Of a DNA stretch of 64,000 bases, positions 54,534 to 64,000 are shown in pieces. How positions within the stretch are numbered: the stretch's first letter is position 1; every line of letters begins with the position of its first letter. The DNA comes from an uncultured Gemmatimonadales bacterium (GTDB taxonomy: Bacteria > Gemmatimonadota > Gemmatimonadetes > Gemmatimonadales > GWC2-71-9). A program made the position numbers and the translations under genes. The notes beneath the pieces are model-generated. The model was not told where the DNA came from, ran no database searches, and saw nothing but the letters and a program-made list of their open reading frames with translations. The stretch covers positions 224,001-288,000 of the forward strand of contig CAWHFW010000005.1 of assembly GCA_963828735.1 (NCBI GenBank), given 5' to 3'.

Positions 54534-55949
54534 TCACCCCCGCATGAGCCCTCGAACGTCCACCAGACGCCCTTCCACCGCCGCTGCGACGGCCATGATT
54601 GGACTCACGAGGTGAGTTCGGCCTCCCTTTCCCTGTCGGCCCTCGAAATTCCGGTTCGATGTCGAGGCGCAACGCTCCCCCGGACCCAGGATGTCGTCGT
54701 TCATCCCGAGGCACATCGAGCAGCCTGGATTCCGCCATTCGAAGCCCGCCTCGGTGAAGATCCGGTCCAGGCCCTCTTGCTCAGCCATCGCCTTCACGCG
54801 CTGCGACCCGGGAACCACCATCGCACGGACCCCATTTGCCACTTTTCGGCCTCGCGCCATTTTGGCAGCTTCGCGAAGATCTTCGATCCTCGCGTTGGTG
54901 CACGATCCCAGGAATACCCGATCGACTTTCAGACCTTCGAGAGGTGTCCCGGGACGCAGTCCCATGTACTCGAGTGCGCGCTCGTACGACCGCCGCTCGG
55001 CCTCGGAGGGCGCCTCCGCCGGGTCGGGAACGCGCCCGGTGATGTCCGCCGTCATGCCGGGGTTGGTGCCCCACGTGACTTGGGGAGCGAGTCCCGACGC
55101 GTCGAGGAGGACCGTGGTGTCGTAGGTGGCGCCGGGATCGGCTCGGAGCTGCGCCCAGGAGGCCGTGGCCCGGTCCCACCGGTCGGCCCGAGGAGCACGG
55201 GGACGCCCCCTCAGGTAGGCGAATGTCGTGTCGTCAGGGGCGACCATCCCGGCCCGGGCGCCTGCCTCGATGGACATGTTGCACACGGTCATCCGGCCTT
55301 CCATGGACAGGGCCCGGATGGCTTCCCCGGTGTACTCGATGACGTGGCCGGTGGCACCGGCGGTCCCGATCCGGCGGATGAGCGCCAGGACCAGGTCCTT
55401 GGCCGTCACCCCGGGCGCCGGCCTACCCTCGAACCGCACTTCCATGGTTCGGGGGCGAGCCTGGACGATGCACTGGGTCGCCAGCACGTGCTCGACCTCG
55501 CTGGTCCCGATCCCGAATGCCAGGGCGCCGAAGGCCCCGTGGGTGGCAGTGTGGGAGTCGCCGCAGACGATGATCATCCCCGGCTGGGTCAACCCCAACT
55601 CGGGCCCGATGACGTGCACGATGCCCTGCTCCGGGCTCTCCAGGTCGAACAGCTCGACTCCGAATTCCCGGGCGTTGCGGACCAGGGCGTCGACCTGTCG
55701 GGCCGATACCACGTCCGCGATCGGGAGCCGCCGATCCCCGGTGGGCACGTTGTGGTCCACCGTGGCCACGGTGAGCTCGGGGCGCCGGACAAGCCGTCCG
55801 GCGAGGCGAAGGCCCTCGAACGCCTGGGGCGAGGTGACCTCGTGGACCAGATGGAGGTCAACGTAGAGCAGCGCCGGCCCGGATCCCGGCCCGCCGGGGA
55901 CGACGTGCGAGTCCCAGACCTTCTCGAACAGGGTTCGCGGAGCCGTCAC
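54534..55949 (-). CDS. leuC: 3-isopropylmalate dehydratase large subunit
   Basis: [41 protein letters not shown]. Confidence 0.97.
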   Translation of the reverse strand: MTAPRTLFEKVWDSHVVPGGPGSGPALLYVDLHLVHEVTSPQAFEGLRLAGRLVRRPELTVATVDHNVPTGDRRLPIADVVSARQVDALVRNAREFGVELFDLESPEQGIVHVIGPELGLTQPGMIIVCGDSHTATHGAFGALAFGIGTSEVEHVLATQCIVQARPRTMEVRFEGRPAPGVTAKDLVLALIRRIGTAGATGHVIEYTGEAIRALSMEGRMTVCNMSIEAGARAGMVAPDDTTFAYLRGRPRAPRADRWDRATASWAQLRADPGATYDTTVLLDASGLAPQVTWGTNPGMTADITGRVPDPAEAPSEAERRSYERALEYMGLRPGTPLEGLKVDRVFLGSCTNARIEDLREAAKMARGRKVANGVRAMVVPGSQRVKAMAEQEGLDRIFTEAGFEWRNPGCSMCLGMNDDILGPGERCASTSNRNFEGRQGKGGRTHLVSPIMAVAAAVEGRLVDVRGLMRG

Positions 55950-57019
55950 GAGACGGCTGCCGGCTTCCGGGGCGTCGGCTCCCTGGCCTCGGGCGCCCCT
56001 CGCGGAGCCGCCTTCCCCTCCTCGGACCAGGGCATCATGGCGCGAAGCCGGGCGCCCACCTGCTCGATCGCGTGGTCGCGGTCCGCCTGCCGCATGCGCT
56101 CGAAATTGTGACGACCGCTCCGGTTCTCGGCGAGCCACTCCCGGGCGAACGATCCGTCCTGGATCGCGTCGAGGATCTTTCGCATCTCGGCGCGGGTCGC
56201 GTCGGTCACGATGCGCGGGCCCCGGGTGTAGTCTCCATACTCCGCCGTGTCGCTGATCGAGTAGCGCATGAACTGCATGCCGCCACGGTACATGAGATCC
56301 ACGATGAGCTTGAGCTCGTGGAGGCACTCGAAGTAGGCCATCTCGGGCCGGTATCCGGCGGCGGTGAGCGTCTCGAACCCGGCCTTGACCAACGCCGTCA
56401 CCCCACCGCACAGCACCGCCTGCTCGCCGAAGAGATCGGTCTCCGTCTCCTCGCGGAAGGTCGTCTCGATGACGCCGGCCCGCGTGCATCCGATCCCCGC
56501 GGCGTAGGCGAGCGCGTTCGCCAGCGCCTGCCCACTGGCGTCCTGGTGGACCGCCACCAGCGCCGGCACGCCCCGCCCGGCTTCGAACTCACTGCGCACC
56601 AGGTGTCCCGGCGACTTGGGCGCGACCATCGACACGTCCACGCCCTGGGGCGCCACGATCTCGTCGAAATGGATGTTGAACCCATGGGCAAACATCAGGG
56701 TCTTGCCAGGGGTGAGGCCCTGGACGACCCCGCCCTCGTAGATCGCGCGACCGTCCTGATCGGGGGTGAGCATCATGACCACATCCGCGGCCGCCGCCGC
56801 GTCGGCGACCGTTCGGACGTCGAGGCCGGCCGCCCTGGCCTTCTCCCACGAGACGCCGCCCTTCCGGAGGCCCACGACGACCTTGGCACCGCTGTCGCGG
56901 AGGTTCAGGGCATGGGCGTGACCCTGGCTGCCGTAGCCGATGATCGCGAAGGTGCGGCCGGCGAGGCGGCCCCGGTCGGCATCGGCATCGTAATACACGC
57001 GCGTGGGATCGTTCGTCAT
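55946..57019 (-). CDS. ilvC: Ketol-acid reductoisomerase
   Basis: [33 protein letters not shown]. Confidence 0.97.
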   Translation of the reverse strand: MTNDPTRVYYDADADRGRLAGRTFAIIGYGSQGHAHALNLRDSGAKVVVGLRKGGVSWEKARAAGLDVRTVADAAAAADVVMMLTPDQDGRAIYEGGVVQGLTPGKTLMFAHGFNIHFDEIVAPQGVDVSMVAPKSPGHLVRSEFEAGRGVPALVAVHQDASGQALANALAYAAGIGCTRAGVIETTFREETETDLFGEQAVLCGGVTALVKAGFETLTAAGYRPEMAYFECLHELKLIVDLMYRGGMQFMRYSISDTAEYGDYTRGPRIVTDATRAEMRKILDAIQDGSFAREWLAENRSGRHNFERMRQADRDHAIEQVGARLRAMMPWSEEGKAAPRGAPEAREPTPRKPAAVS

Positions 57020-57033
57020 TGCTCCGTCTCTCG

Positions 57034-57549
57034 TTAGATGTTCGCCGGCATCCGGGTGCCGGCCTCGGTCAGGCCCGTCTCGAGCGCGACCGCGCCGCTC
57101 CGGGCCACTTCCAGGATGTCGAAGCGCTCGAGCGCGCGGATGCAGGACAACACGAAGGCCTCGGAGCCCGTGAGCTCGATGATCGTGGCTTCCGGGTCGT
57201 CGTCGACCACGGAGGCGTGGTAGAGCTGCACGACGTCGAGGAGCTCGCCGTACCGATCGGCGGTGGCGCGCACCTTGACCAGCGCCAGCTCGCGGGTGAC
57301 GCCGTCACGGGCCGGAAAGGAGGTCGCCTGCCGGACGCCCACGACCTTCTCGAGCTGCTGGACGGCGCGTTCGGCCGTCGCTTCGTCGGACTGGATCATG
57401 ATGGTGAGTCTCGAGACGCCCGGCGTGACCGTGGGACCCACGGCGATGCTCCGCACGGGCAGGTTTCGCCGTCGGATGAGCCCGACGGCACGATTGAACG
57501 TGATGATACGGTCCTCGAGGAGAACGGTGACGGCGCGCTGCATCGTCAT
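57034..57549 (-). CDS. ilvN: Acetolactate synthase small regulatory subunit
   Basis: ACT domain, [14 protein letters not shown]; coupled to ilvB. Confidence 0.9.
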   Translation of the reverse strand: MTMQRAVTVLLEDRIITFNRAVGLIRRRNLPVRSIAVGPTVTPGVSRLTIMIQSDEATAERAVQQLEKVVGVRQATSFPARDGVTRELALVKVRATADRYGELLDVVQLYHASVVDDDPEATIIELTGSEAFVLSCIRALERFDILEVARSGAVALETGLTEAGTRMPANI

Positions 57550-59237
57550 ACCGTGACCGTCTCCGACTCGATCGGCTCGCTGAGCGACGCCCCCGGCGGA
57601 ATCATCGGGAACACGTTCGCTTCCTGCTCGATCAGGAACTCCACGAGCGCCGGTCCCTCGTAGGCCAGCGCGGCGCGCACCACGCCGTCCACCTGGTCCG
57701 CCCGCTCGACGCGGTACCCCTGAATTCCATACGCCTCGGCGAGTCGGACATAGTCGGGGCTCCAGATGGGCGTGGCCGAATAGCGACGGCCGTGGAAGAA
57801 CTGTTGCCACTGCCGCACCATCCCCAGGTACCCGTTGTTGAAGATCGCCATCTTCACGGGGATCTCTTCCTGCACCATGGTGGCGATCTCCTGCATGTTC
57901 ATCTGGAAGCCGCCATCCCCCGAGATGGCCCACACCGGCTCGCCGGGGCGCGCCAGCGCGACGCCCATGGCGGCCGGCACCGCGAACCCCATCGTTCCCA
58001 GGCCGCCGGAGGTGATGTGGGTGTTGGGCCGTTGATACCGGAACAGCTTTGCCACCCACATCTGGTGCTGGCCCACGTCCGAGACGATCGTGCAGCGCCC
58101 GGCGGTGGCGTCCTCGAGCGCCGAAAGAATTCCGTCGGGGGACAGCCCGCCCTTGAAGCTCTCCACGCGCGGCCGCACGAAGCTTTCGATCTCGGCCCGC
58201 CAGCCGTCGCAGTGGCGCGCCTCGACGCCCTCGAGCAGGGCCCGGAGCGTTTCGCGCGCGTCACCGACCAGGCCGACCGTGACGGGCACGTTCTTCCCGA
58301 TCTCGGACGCGTCGAGCTCGATATGGATGATCTTCGCGCCGCGCGCGAAGGCGGCGAGGTTGCCGGTCACCCGGTCGTCGAACCGGAGCCCGATCCCGAT
58401 GAGGAGGTCGGCCTGCTGGATGGCCCGGTTGACGTGGACCTCGCCGTGCATGCCCGGCATCCCCAGATGCAGCGGGTGCGACTCGGGGAACGCGCTGATG
58501 CCGAGGAGCGTGGTGATCACCGGGATGCCGGTGCGCTCCGCCAGCTCGCGGAGCTCGGCGTAGGCGTCACTCAGGATCACGCCGTGCCCGGCCAGAATGA
58601 CCGGCCGCTCGGCACGGGCCACGAGCCGCGCCGCCTCGACGAGCGCCGTGCGGGTGGCTCGTCCCACCAATCCTTCGCGCCGCTCGTCGGCCCCGCCGCC
58701 CGCTTCCGCGCGATTGGGGACATCGAGCTTCTGGTTCTGCACGTCCTTCGGGACGTCAAGCAGCACCGGACCGGGCCGTCCTTCCCGCGCCACCGCGAAG
58801 ACCTCATGGACCGCGTCCGCGAGCTCGCCGACGTCTTCAACCAGGCGGCTGTGCTTGGTGATCGGCTGCGTGATCCCGATGATGTCCGTCTCCTGGAACG
58901 CGTCCCGCCCGATCATCGCGCGCGGCACCTGGCCGGTGATGGCGACCAGCGGAGTGCTGTCCATGTGCGCCGTCGCGATGCCGGTCACCAGGTTGGTGGC
59001 ACCCGGTCCCGACGTCGCCACGCACACGCCCGGTCGCCCGCTCGCGCGGGCGTACCCGTCCGCGGCATGCGCCGCGGCCTGCTCGTGGCGCACCAGCACG
59101 TGCCGGAGACCGGGATGTTCCGGCAGCGCGTGGTAGAACGGCATGATGGCCCCGCCCGGGTACCCGAAGAGGATGTCCACGCCTTCCTCGAGCAGTGCCC
59201 GGCAGAGAATCTGCGCGCCCGTCAGCTGCTCGGCCAT
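57546..59237 (-). CDS. ilvB: Acetolactate synthase large subunit
   Basis: FGYPGGAI, RHEQ, TSGPGATN, GDGGFQMN, GMVRQWQ. Confidence 0.97.
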   Translation of the reverse strand: MAEQLTGAQILCRALLEEGVDILFGYPGGAIMPFYHALPEHPGLRHVLVRHEQAAAHAADGYARASGRPGVCVATSGPGATNLVTGIATAHMDSTPLVAITGQVPRAMIGRDAFQETDIIGITQPITKHSRLVEDVGELADAVHEVFAVAREGRPGPVLLDVPKDVQNQKLDVPNRAEAGGGADERREGLVGRATRTALVEAARLVARAERPVILAGHGVILSDAYAELRELAERTGIPVITTLLGISAFPESHPLHLGMPGMHGEVHVNRAIQQADLLIGIGLRFDDRVTGNLAAFARGAKIIHIELDASEIGKNVPVTVGLVGDARETLRALLEGVEARHCDGWRAEIESFVRPRVESFKGGLSPDGILSALEDATAGRCTIVSDVGQHQMWVAKLFRYQRPNTHITSGGLGTMGFAVPAAMGVALARPGEPVWAISGDGGFQMNMQEIATMVQEEIPVKMAIFNNGYLGMVRQWQQFFHGRRYSATPIWSPDYVRLAEAYGIQGYRVERADQVDGVVRAALAYEGPALVEFLIEQEANVFPMIPPGASLSEPIESETVTV

Positions 59238-60793
59238 CACACGCCCCACAGGTAGACGGCGTTGAGCGAGGTCGCCTCCAGCCGGTCGGCGTGGTGCGCC
59301 TTGTTGATCGCATGGATCAACGCCCGCGCGCTGGCCTCCACGATGTCCGTGGATGCCCCGTTCCCGGAGAGCGATTTGCCGTCCACCTTGGCCTGCAGGA
59401 ACACCTGGCCCACGCTGTCGCGCCCGGGCGTGAGCGAGCGCAGCGAGAGGCTCAGCACCTCGAGCTGACGGCCGAGAATCTCGCTGATCGCCGTGAACGC
59501 GGCGGCGATGGGGCCGTCGCCGGTCCCGCGCGCGGAGCGCTCGCCCGCCCACGGGCCGGTCATCCGGACCTCGGCCGTCGGCGTGATGCTGCCGCACACG
59601 ACCCGCAGGTGGCTCAGCTGGTACTCCTCGGGCGCGTCGTGAAAGGTCTCGTGGAGCAGCGCCAGCAGATCTTCGTCCAGGATCTCGCGCTTGCGGTCGG
59701 CCAGGGCGGAGAATTCCTGATAGACCTCCCCGACCTGCTGCTCGGTCAGGTCGTATCCCAGCTCGCGGTAGCGACGCTCGAGCGCGTGGCGGCCCGAGTG
59801 CTTGCCGAGCACGAGGGTCGAGCGCGGGATCCCCACCATCTCGGGCCGGATGATCTCGTAGGTCAGCCCGTTCTGCAGCATGCCATGCTGATGGATGCCG
59901 GCTTCGTGGGCGAACGCGTTCCGGCCGACGATGGCCTTGTTGGCCTGGGGAAAGCTGCCGGTGAGGTAGGACAGCAGCTGGCTGGTGCGGTAGATCTCGC
60001 GGGTATCCACGTTGCAGCGGAACCCCAGGGCCGAGCCGCGCACGTGGCTGGCCATGACCAGCTCTTCCATGGCGGCATTCCCGGCGCGCTCGCCGATGCC
60101 GTTGACGGTGCATTCGACCTGGCGTGCGCCGGCCTCCACCGCGGCGAGCGAATTGGCCACGGCGAGCCCCAGATCATCGTGGCAGTGCGCGCTCAGCACG
60201 ACGGTGTCGGCGCCCGGCACGCGGGCCAGCACGCCGCGAAACATGTCGCCGTACTCGCCCGGCATGGCGTAGCCGACCGTGTCCGGGAGGTTCACGGTGC
60301 TTGCTCCTTCCCGGATCGCCGCTTCGACGATGCGACAGAGGAATTCGGGGTCGGTGCGGCTCGCGTCCTCCGCCGAGAACTCGACGTCGTCGGTGTAGTC
60401 GCGCGCCTGGCGGATGGCGGCGCGCGCCAGGGCGAGAACGTCCTCGCGGGTGCTCTTGAGCTTGTCCCGGATGTGCAGGTCGGACGTGGAGATGAACACA
60501 TGCAGGCGACCCCGCTCCGCGGCGCGGATGGCTTCGCCCGCGAGCTCGATGTCGCGCGCGTGGCATCGGGCCAGCGCGGCAATCACCGGGCGCCGGAGCT
60601 CGGTCGCGATCTGCAGGACGCTGCGGTAGTCGCCCTCGGACGCCGCCGGAAACCCGGCTTCCATGACGTCCACGCCGAGCGCGTCGAGCTGCCGGGCGAG
60701 TCGAAGCTTCTCCTCGGGGCTGAGACTGTTGCCGGGAGCCTGCTCGCCATCGCGCAGGGTGGTGTCGAAGATGAGAACGTCGTGGATCGCCAT
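59237..60793 (-). CDS. leuA: 2-isopropylmalate synthase
   Basis: [28 protein letters not shown]-terminal regulatory domain. Confidence 0.96.
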   Translation of the reverse strand: MAIHDVLIFDTTLRDGEQAPGNSLSPEEKLRLARQLDALGVDVMEAGFPAASEGDYRSVLQIATELRRPVIAALARCHARDIELAGEAIRAAERGRLHVFISTSDLHIRDKLKSTREDVLALARAAIRQARDYTDDVEFSAEDASRTDPEFLCRIVEAAIREGASTVNLPDTVGYAMPGEYGDMFRGVLARVPGADTVVLSAHCHDDLGLAVANSLAAVEAGARQVECTVNGIGERAGNAAMEELVMASHVRGSALGFRCNVDTREIYRTSQLLSYLTGSFPQANKAIVGRNAFAHEAGIHQHGMLQNGLTYEIIRPEMVGIPRSTLVLGKHSGRHALERRYRELGYDLTEQQVGEVYQEFSALADRKREILDEDLLALLHETFHDAPEEYQLSHLRVVCGSITPTAEVRMTGPWAGERSARGTGDGPIAAAFTAISEILGRQLEVLSLSLRSLTPGRDSVGQVFLQAKVDGKSLSGNGASTDIVEASARALIHAINKAHHADRLEATSLNAVYLWGV

Positions 60794-60821
60794 ACGGTCG
60801 CCGGCTCGTGAGTGAAGGGTG

Positions 60822-60857
60822 AAACGAAAAACGCCGCGGACCTCTGGGTCCGCGGCG
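60822..60857 (-). terminator. Attenuator terminator of the leu/ilv operon
   Basis: CGCCGCGGAC-CCAGAG-GTCCGCGGCG followed by TTTTTCGTTT. Confidence 0.9.
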
Positions 60858-60885
60858 CCGGTGCATTCGGTGGAGACTTACTGTC

Positions 60886-60987
60886 TCACGTTGCTCGTGT
60901 CGGCACGCCGCGGACCCCTGGCTCACCAATAAGGACGGTAAGCAGGAGGCCAATAAGGACGACGACGAGCACGAGATTGAGCAGCAT
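60886..60987 (-). CDS. Branched-chain amino acid leader peptide MLLNLVLVVVLIGLLLTVLIGEPGVRGVPTRAT
   Basis: 16 of the first 20 codons are Leu/Val/Ile; SD AGGA; its 3' part can pair with the terminator 5' arm. Confidence 0.9.
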   Translation of the reverse strand: MLLNLVLVVVLIGLLLTVLIGEPGVRGVPTRAT

Positions 60988-61086
60988 GGATCCTGAAGTG
61001 CGCTGGTGGTCGCCGAGAGCCCACGGTGGGCGAGCGAGTTATGAGCCTAACGCGTGGCCCCGCTGCGCGTCAAGGGGGAGCGCCGC

Positions 61087-61115
61087 TTGACACATGCATC
61101 GTGGTGCATAATAAT
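61087..61115 (+). promoter_or_regulatory. Sigma-70 promoter of gltB with a palindrome in the spacer
   Basis: TTGACA-N17-AATAAT; ATGCA-TCGTGG-TGCAT at 61094-61109. Confidence 0.7.
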
Positions 61116-61122
61116 ACGGTAC

Positions 61123-61191
61123 ATGAACGCCACGCGCCTCCCGGTCGCCGCCCGCATCAATCTCGCTACCCCTCGGGGAGCGACCGGGTAA
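61123..61191 (+). CDS. Putative 22-aa leader uORF MNATRLPVAARINLATPRGATG
   Basis: ATG 7 nt after the -10 box; the stop abuts the alternative RNA stems. Confidence 0.5.
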   Translation: MNATRLPVAARINLATPRGATG

Positions 61192-61217
61192 GCGAGCGTT
61201 CTCGCGCAGGAACCCCG

Positions 61218-61245
61218 GCCCGCTCCCAGATCGGAGCGGGCTTTT
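61218..61245 (+). terminator. Leader terminator upstream of gltB
   Basis: GCCCGCTCC-CAGATC-GGAGCGGGC-TTTT, about 55 nt before the gltB start. Confidence 0.75.
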
Positions 61246-61299
61246 GCTTGCCCTGGATCGGTCTCTCCGGCCGCCGGGCTCACCATCGCAGGAGGCACC

Positions 61300-64000
61300 A
61301 TGGCCGCCCCTGGGCAGCGGATCCACCCGGCCGGTTCCCACTCGCTGGACCCCCGACATCGCGCGGCGCCCCCCGATCGGGCCCTCGATCCCGCGCGGGA
61401 GCACGACGCCTGCGGCGTCGGCTTCGTCGCGCACGCGTCGGGCGCGCGATCGCACGAGGTGGTGCGGATGGCGCTCGAGGCAGTGGCACGCGTCGCGCAC
61501 CGCGGCGCCGCCTCGACCGACAACTCGGGTGACGGCGCGGGACTGCTCACCCAGATTCCGCATCGGCTGTTTTATCGCGACGCCTACCGCCTCGGCCTGC
61601 ACTTGCAGCCGGGCCTGCCGTTCGGCGTCGGCGCCTTCTTCCTGCCGCGCGAGCCCCACGCGCTCGGCGAGTCCGTGGCCATGGTGGAGGCCGTGCTTGC
61701 CGAGGACGGGATCCCGTTCCTGGGCTGGCGCGACGTGCCCACCCACCAGGCGGCGCTCGGCCCCACGGCGCTCGCGTCGTGCCCGGTGATCCGGCAGGTG
61801 CTCGTGGGTCGGCCCGCGCTCGCGGCGGACGAGGAGCAGTGGGAGCAGTCGCTCTACCTCGCGCGACGAGAGATGGAGCGACGCGCGGAGGAGCGACGGC
61901 TCCCCGACTTCTACGTCTGCAGTCTCTCCTGCCGCACCATCGTCTACAAAGCCCTGCTCACCGGGACCCAGCTCCCCGCCTTCTTCACCGATTTCCGGTA
62001 TCCGGAGTACGAAAGCGCGATCGCCGTCTTTCACCAGCGGTACTCCACCAACACGCTGCCGAGCTGGCCGCTGGCGCAGCCGTTCCGGCTGCTGGCGCAC
62101 AACGGCGAGATCAACACGCTCTGGGGCAACCGGAACGCCATGACGATGCGCCAGCCGATGCTGGCCTCGCCGGTGTGGGGCCGGAAGATCGAGCGCCTGC
62201 GTCAGGTGATCTGGCGGGAGGGCAGCGACTCGGCCAGCCTGGACAACGCGATGGAGCTGCTGGTGCGCTCGGGCCGCGACGTCGTGCACACGTCGATGAT
62301 GATGGTGCCGCAGGCCTGGGAGAAGTATCCGGACGTGGACCCGGCGGTGAAGGCGTTCTACGAGTACCACCAGTGCGTGCTCGAGCCGTGGGACGGCCCC
62401 GCGGCCATCGCCTTCACCGACGGCGTGCGATGCGGCGCGTCGGTCGACCGGAATGGACTCCGGCCCTCGCGCTACAAGGTCCGGCGCGACGGCCTCGTCG
62501 TGTCGGGCTCCGAGGTCGGGCTGGTGGACCTGGATCCCCGCGAGGTGGTCGAGTGCGGGAAGGTGGGTCCGGGCGAGGTCCTGGTGGTGGACACGGGGCG
62601 AGGCGAGGTCATCCGGAACCTCGACGCGAAGCGCGAGGTGGCCGGCCGCCGGCCGTACGCCCGCTGGGTCGCGCGCTACATGGCGACGCTGGTCCCGGAT
62701 CCGGCGCGCGTGCCGCCGGTTCACACGGGGACGCGGCTCGCCCACTCGCAGCGGACGTTCGGGTACGGGTTCGAGGATCTCCGGCTGGTGCTGGAGCCGA
62801 TGGGCGGCACGGGCGCCGATCCCGTGTGGAGCATGGGCGACGACACGCCGATCCCCCCGCTCTCGGCGGTGCCCCAGAGCCTGTACGCGTACTTCCGACA
62901 GCGCTTCGCGCAGGTCACCAACCCCCCGATCGACTCGCTGCGCGAATCGATGGTCATGTCGCTCCGCATGCACCTGGGCCGGCGTGGCTCGCCGCTGCTC
63001 GAGCGGCCGAGCTATGCGCGCATGCTGCGCCTCGAGCATCCGGTGCTGCTCCCCGAGGAGATGGCCGCGCTGCGGAACGTCGCGGGGTTCTCGACCGTCA
63101 CGCTCGACGCCGTGTGGGACCCGACGCGCGGGGTGGACGGGCTCCGCCCCGCCCTCACGGCGCTCCGCCGCGGTGCCGAGCGCGCCGCCCGCCGCGGGGC
63201 GCACATCCTCGTGATCAGCGATCGCGCCGCGGACGCGACGCACGCGCCGATTCCGATGCTGCTCGCCGTCGGCGCCGTCCGCCAGCATTTGGTGCACACC
63301 GGTCTTCGGGCACGGGTAGGACTCGTGGCCGAGGCGGGCGACGCGTTCGACATCCACCACTTCGCCACGCTGATCGGCTACGGCGCGGAGGCGGTGCACC
63401 CGTGGCTGGCGCTCGAGACCCTGGAAGGCCTGTTCGCCGAAGCGCGGGAGCCGTCGCGGCGCGAGCGGGACGGCGATGCGGCGCCCCGCCCGACGCCCGC
63501 AGAGGCACGCGGGCAATTCCGCGCGGCGGCCGAGAAGGGCCTGCTCAAGATCCTGTCGAAGATGGGCATCTCCACCCTCAGCTCCTACTGCGGCGCTCAG
63601 ATCTTCGAAGCGCTCGGGCTCGGCCAGGAAGTGATCGGCGCATGCTTCGCGGGCACCGCCTCGCCACTCGGCGGCATCGGCTTCGAGGAGATCGCCGAAG
63701 ACGTCCTGGCGCGCCATCGCGCGGCCTACCCGCCCGCCCAGGCTGCCGACGACGAGGTCTCCCTTCCGGACCACGGGCGCGTCCGGTTCCGGAAGGACGG
63801 CGAGGATCATGGCTGGGCACCGCCGGTCGTGGTGGCGCTCCAGCAGGCGGTAAAGTCCGGCGGCTCCGACGCGTACGGCGGATTCCTCGTCAAGCACGGG
63901 AGCCGGCGGCCGGCGGGACCGCGCGATCTCCTGACGATGCGCGCCGGGACACCGGTGCCGCTCGAGGAGGTCGAGAGCGCCGAAGCGATCCGCACGCGGT
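61300..64000 (+). CDS. gltB: Glutamate synthase large subunit, 3'-truncated by the window edge (not in the ORF track)
   Basis: RBS GGAGG, then EHDACGVGFVA, HQRYSTNT, AHNGEINT, EPWDGPA, FAQVTNPPID, KILSKMGIS. Confidence 0.96.
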   Translation, partial: MAAPGQRIHPAGSHSLDPRHRAAPPDRALDPAREHDACGVGFVAHASGARSHEVVRMALEAVARVAHRGAASTDNSGDGAGLLTQIPHRLFYRDAYRLGLHLQPGLPFGVGAFFLPREPHALGESVAMVEAVLAEDGIPFLGWRDVPTHQAALGPTALASCPVIRQVLVGRPALAADEEQWEQSLYLARREMERRAEERRLPDFYVCSLSCRTIVYKALLTGTQLPAFFTDFRYPEYESAIAVFHQRYSTNTLPSWPLAQPFRLLAHNGEINTLWGNRNAMTMRQPMLASPVWGRKIERLRQVIWREGSDSASLDNAMELLVRSGRDVVHTSMMMVPQAWEKYPDVDPAVKAFYEYHQCVLEPWDGPAAIAFTDGVRCGASVDRNGLRPSRYKVRRDGLVVSGSEVGLVDLDPREVVECGKVGPGEVLVVDTGRGEVIRNLDAKREVAGRRPYARWVARYMATLVPDPARVPPVHTGTRLAHSQRTFGYGFEDLRLVLEPMGGTGADPVWSMGDDTPIPPLSAVPQSLYAYFRQRFAQVTNPPIDSLRESMVMSLRMHLGRRGSPLLERPSYARMLRLEHPVLLPEEMAALRNVAGFSTVTLDAVWDPTRGVDGLRPALTALRRGAERAARRGAHILVISDRAADATHAPIPMLLAVGAVRQHLVHTGLRARVGLVAEAGDAFDIHHFATLIGYGAEAVHPWLALETLEGLFAEAREPSRRERDGDAAPRPTPAEARGQFRAAAEKGLLKILSKMGISTLSSYCGAQIFEALGLGQEVIGACFAGTASPLGGIGFEEIAEDVLARHRAAYPPAQAADDEVSLPDHGRVRFRKDGEDHGWAPPVVVALQQAVKSGGSDAYGGFLVKHGSRRPAGPRDLLTMRAGTPVPLEEVESAEAIRTR

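Noticed and set aside
61039..63897. 952-aa minus-strand ORF
   Set aside because: Antisense shadow of gltB, which the track omits because it has no stop inside the window.

Overview
High-GC (about 70%) bacterial chromosomal segment. The gene set (alternative complex III, Hanks kinase, CSLREA lipoprotein, small orphan proteins) resembles Gemmatimonadota, but that placement is an inference. In order: a 5'-truncated Zn metalloprotease, tRNA-Ala(TGC), a cytosine deaminase facing a reductive pyrimidine catabolic operon, a CSLREA surface protein, an aldehyde dehydrogenase, hemB-L-Y-C-D-E-F, an amidohydrolase, an exported soxY-soxZ-MBL-rhodanese module, a four-gene sphingolipid operon (spt, ceramide synthase, ceramide reductase, AUR1/IPC-synthase-like PAP2), a plastocyanin-like lipoprotein behind a perfect Rex/CRP-type box, a Cys-rich protein with an ECF sigma/anti-sigma pair, actA-F, trmJ, pilT, dinB, a Ser/Thr kinase next to a kinase-less copy of its own ectodomain, glnA, ilvD, the leuA-ilvBNC-leuCDB operon with a BCAA leader-peptide attenuator, and the 5' part of gltB. 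The most notable observations are the sphingolipid operon with a eukaryote-like head-group transferase, an attenuator or riboswitch-like leader in front of gltB, the orphan Sox relay, the kinase/decoy pair, repeated CTG starts and leaderless genes, and a 34%-GC gap inside leuCD. No CRISPR array, integrase or transposase was seen. All product calls come from motif recognition, not database searches.
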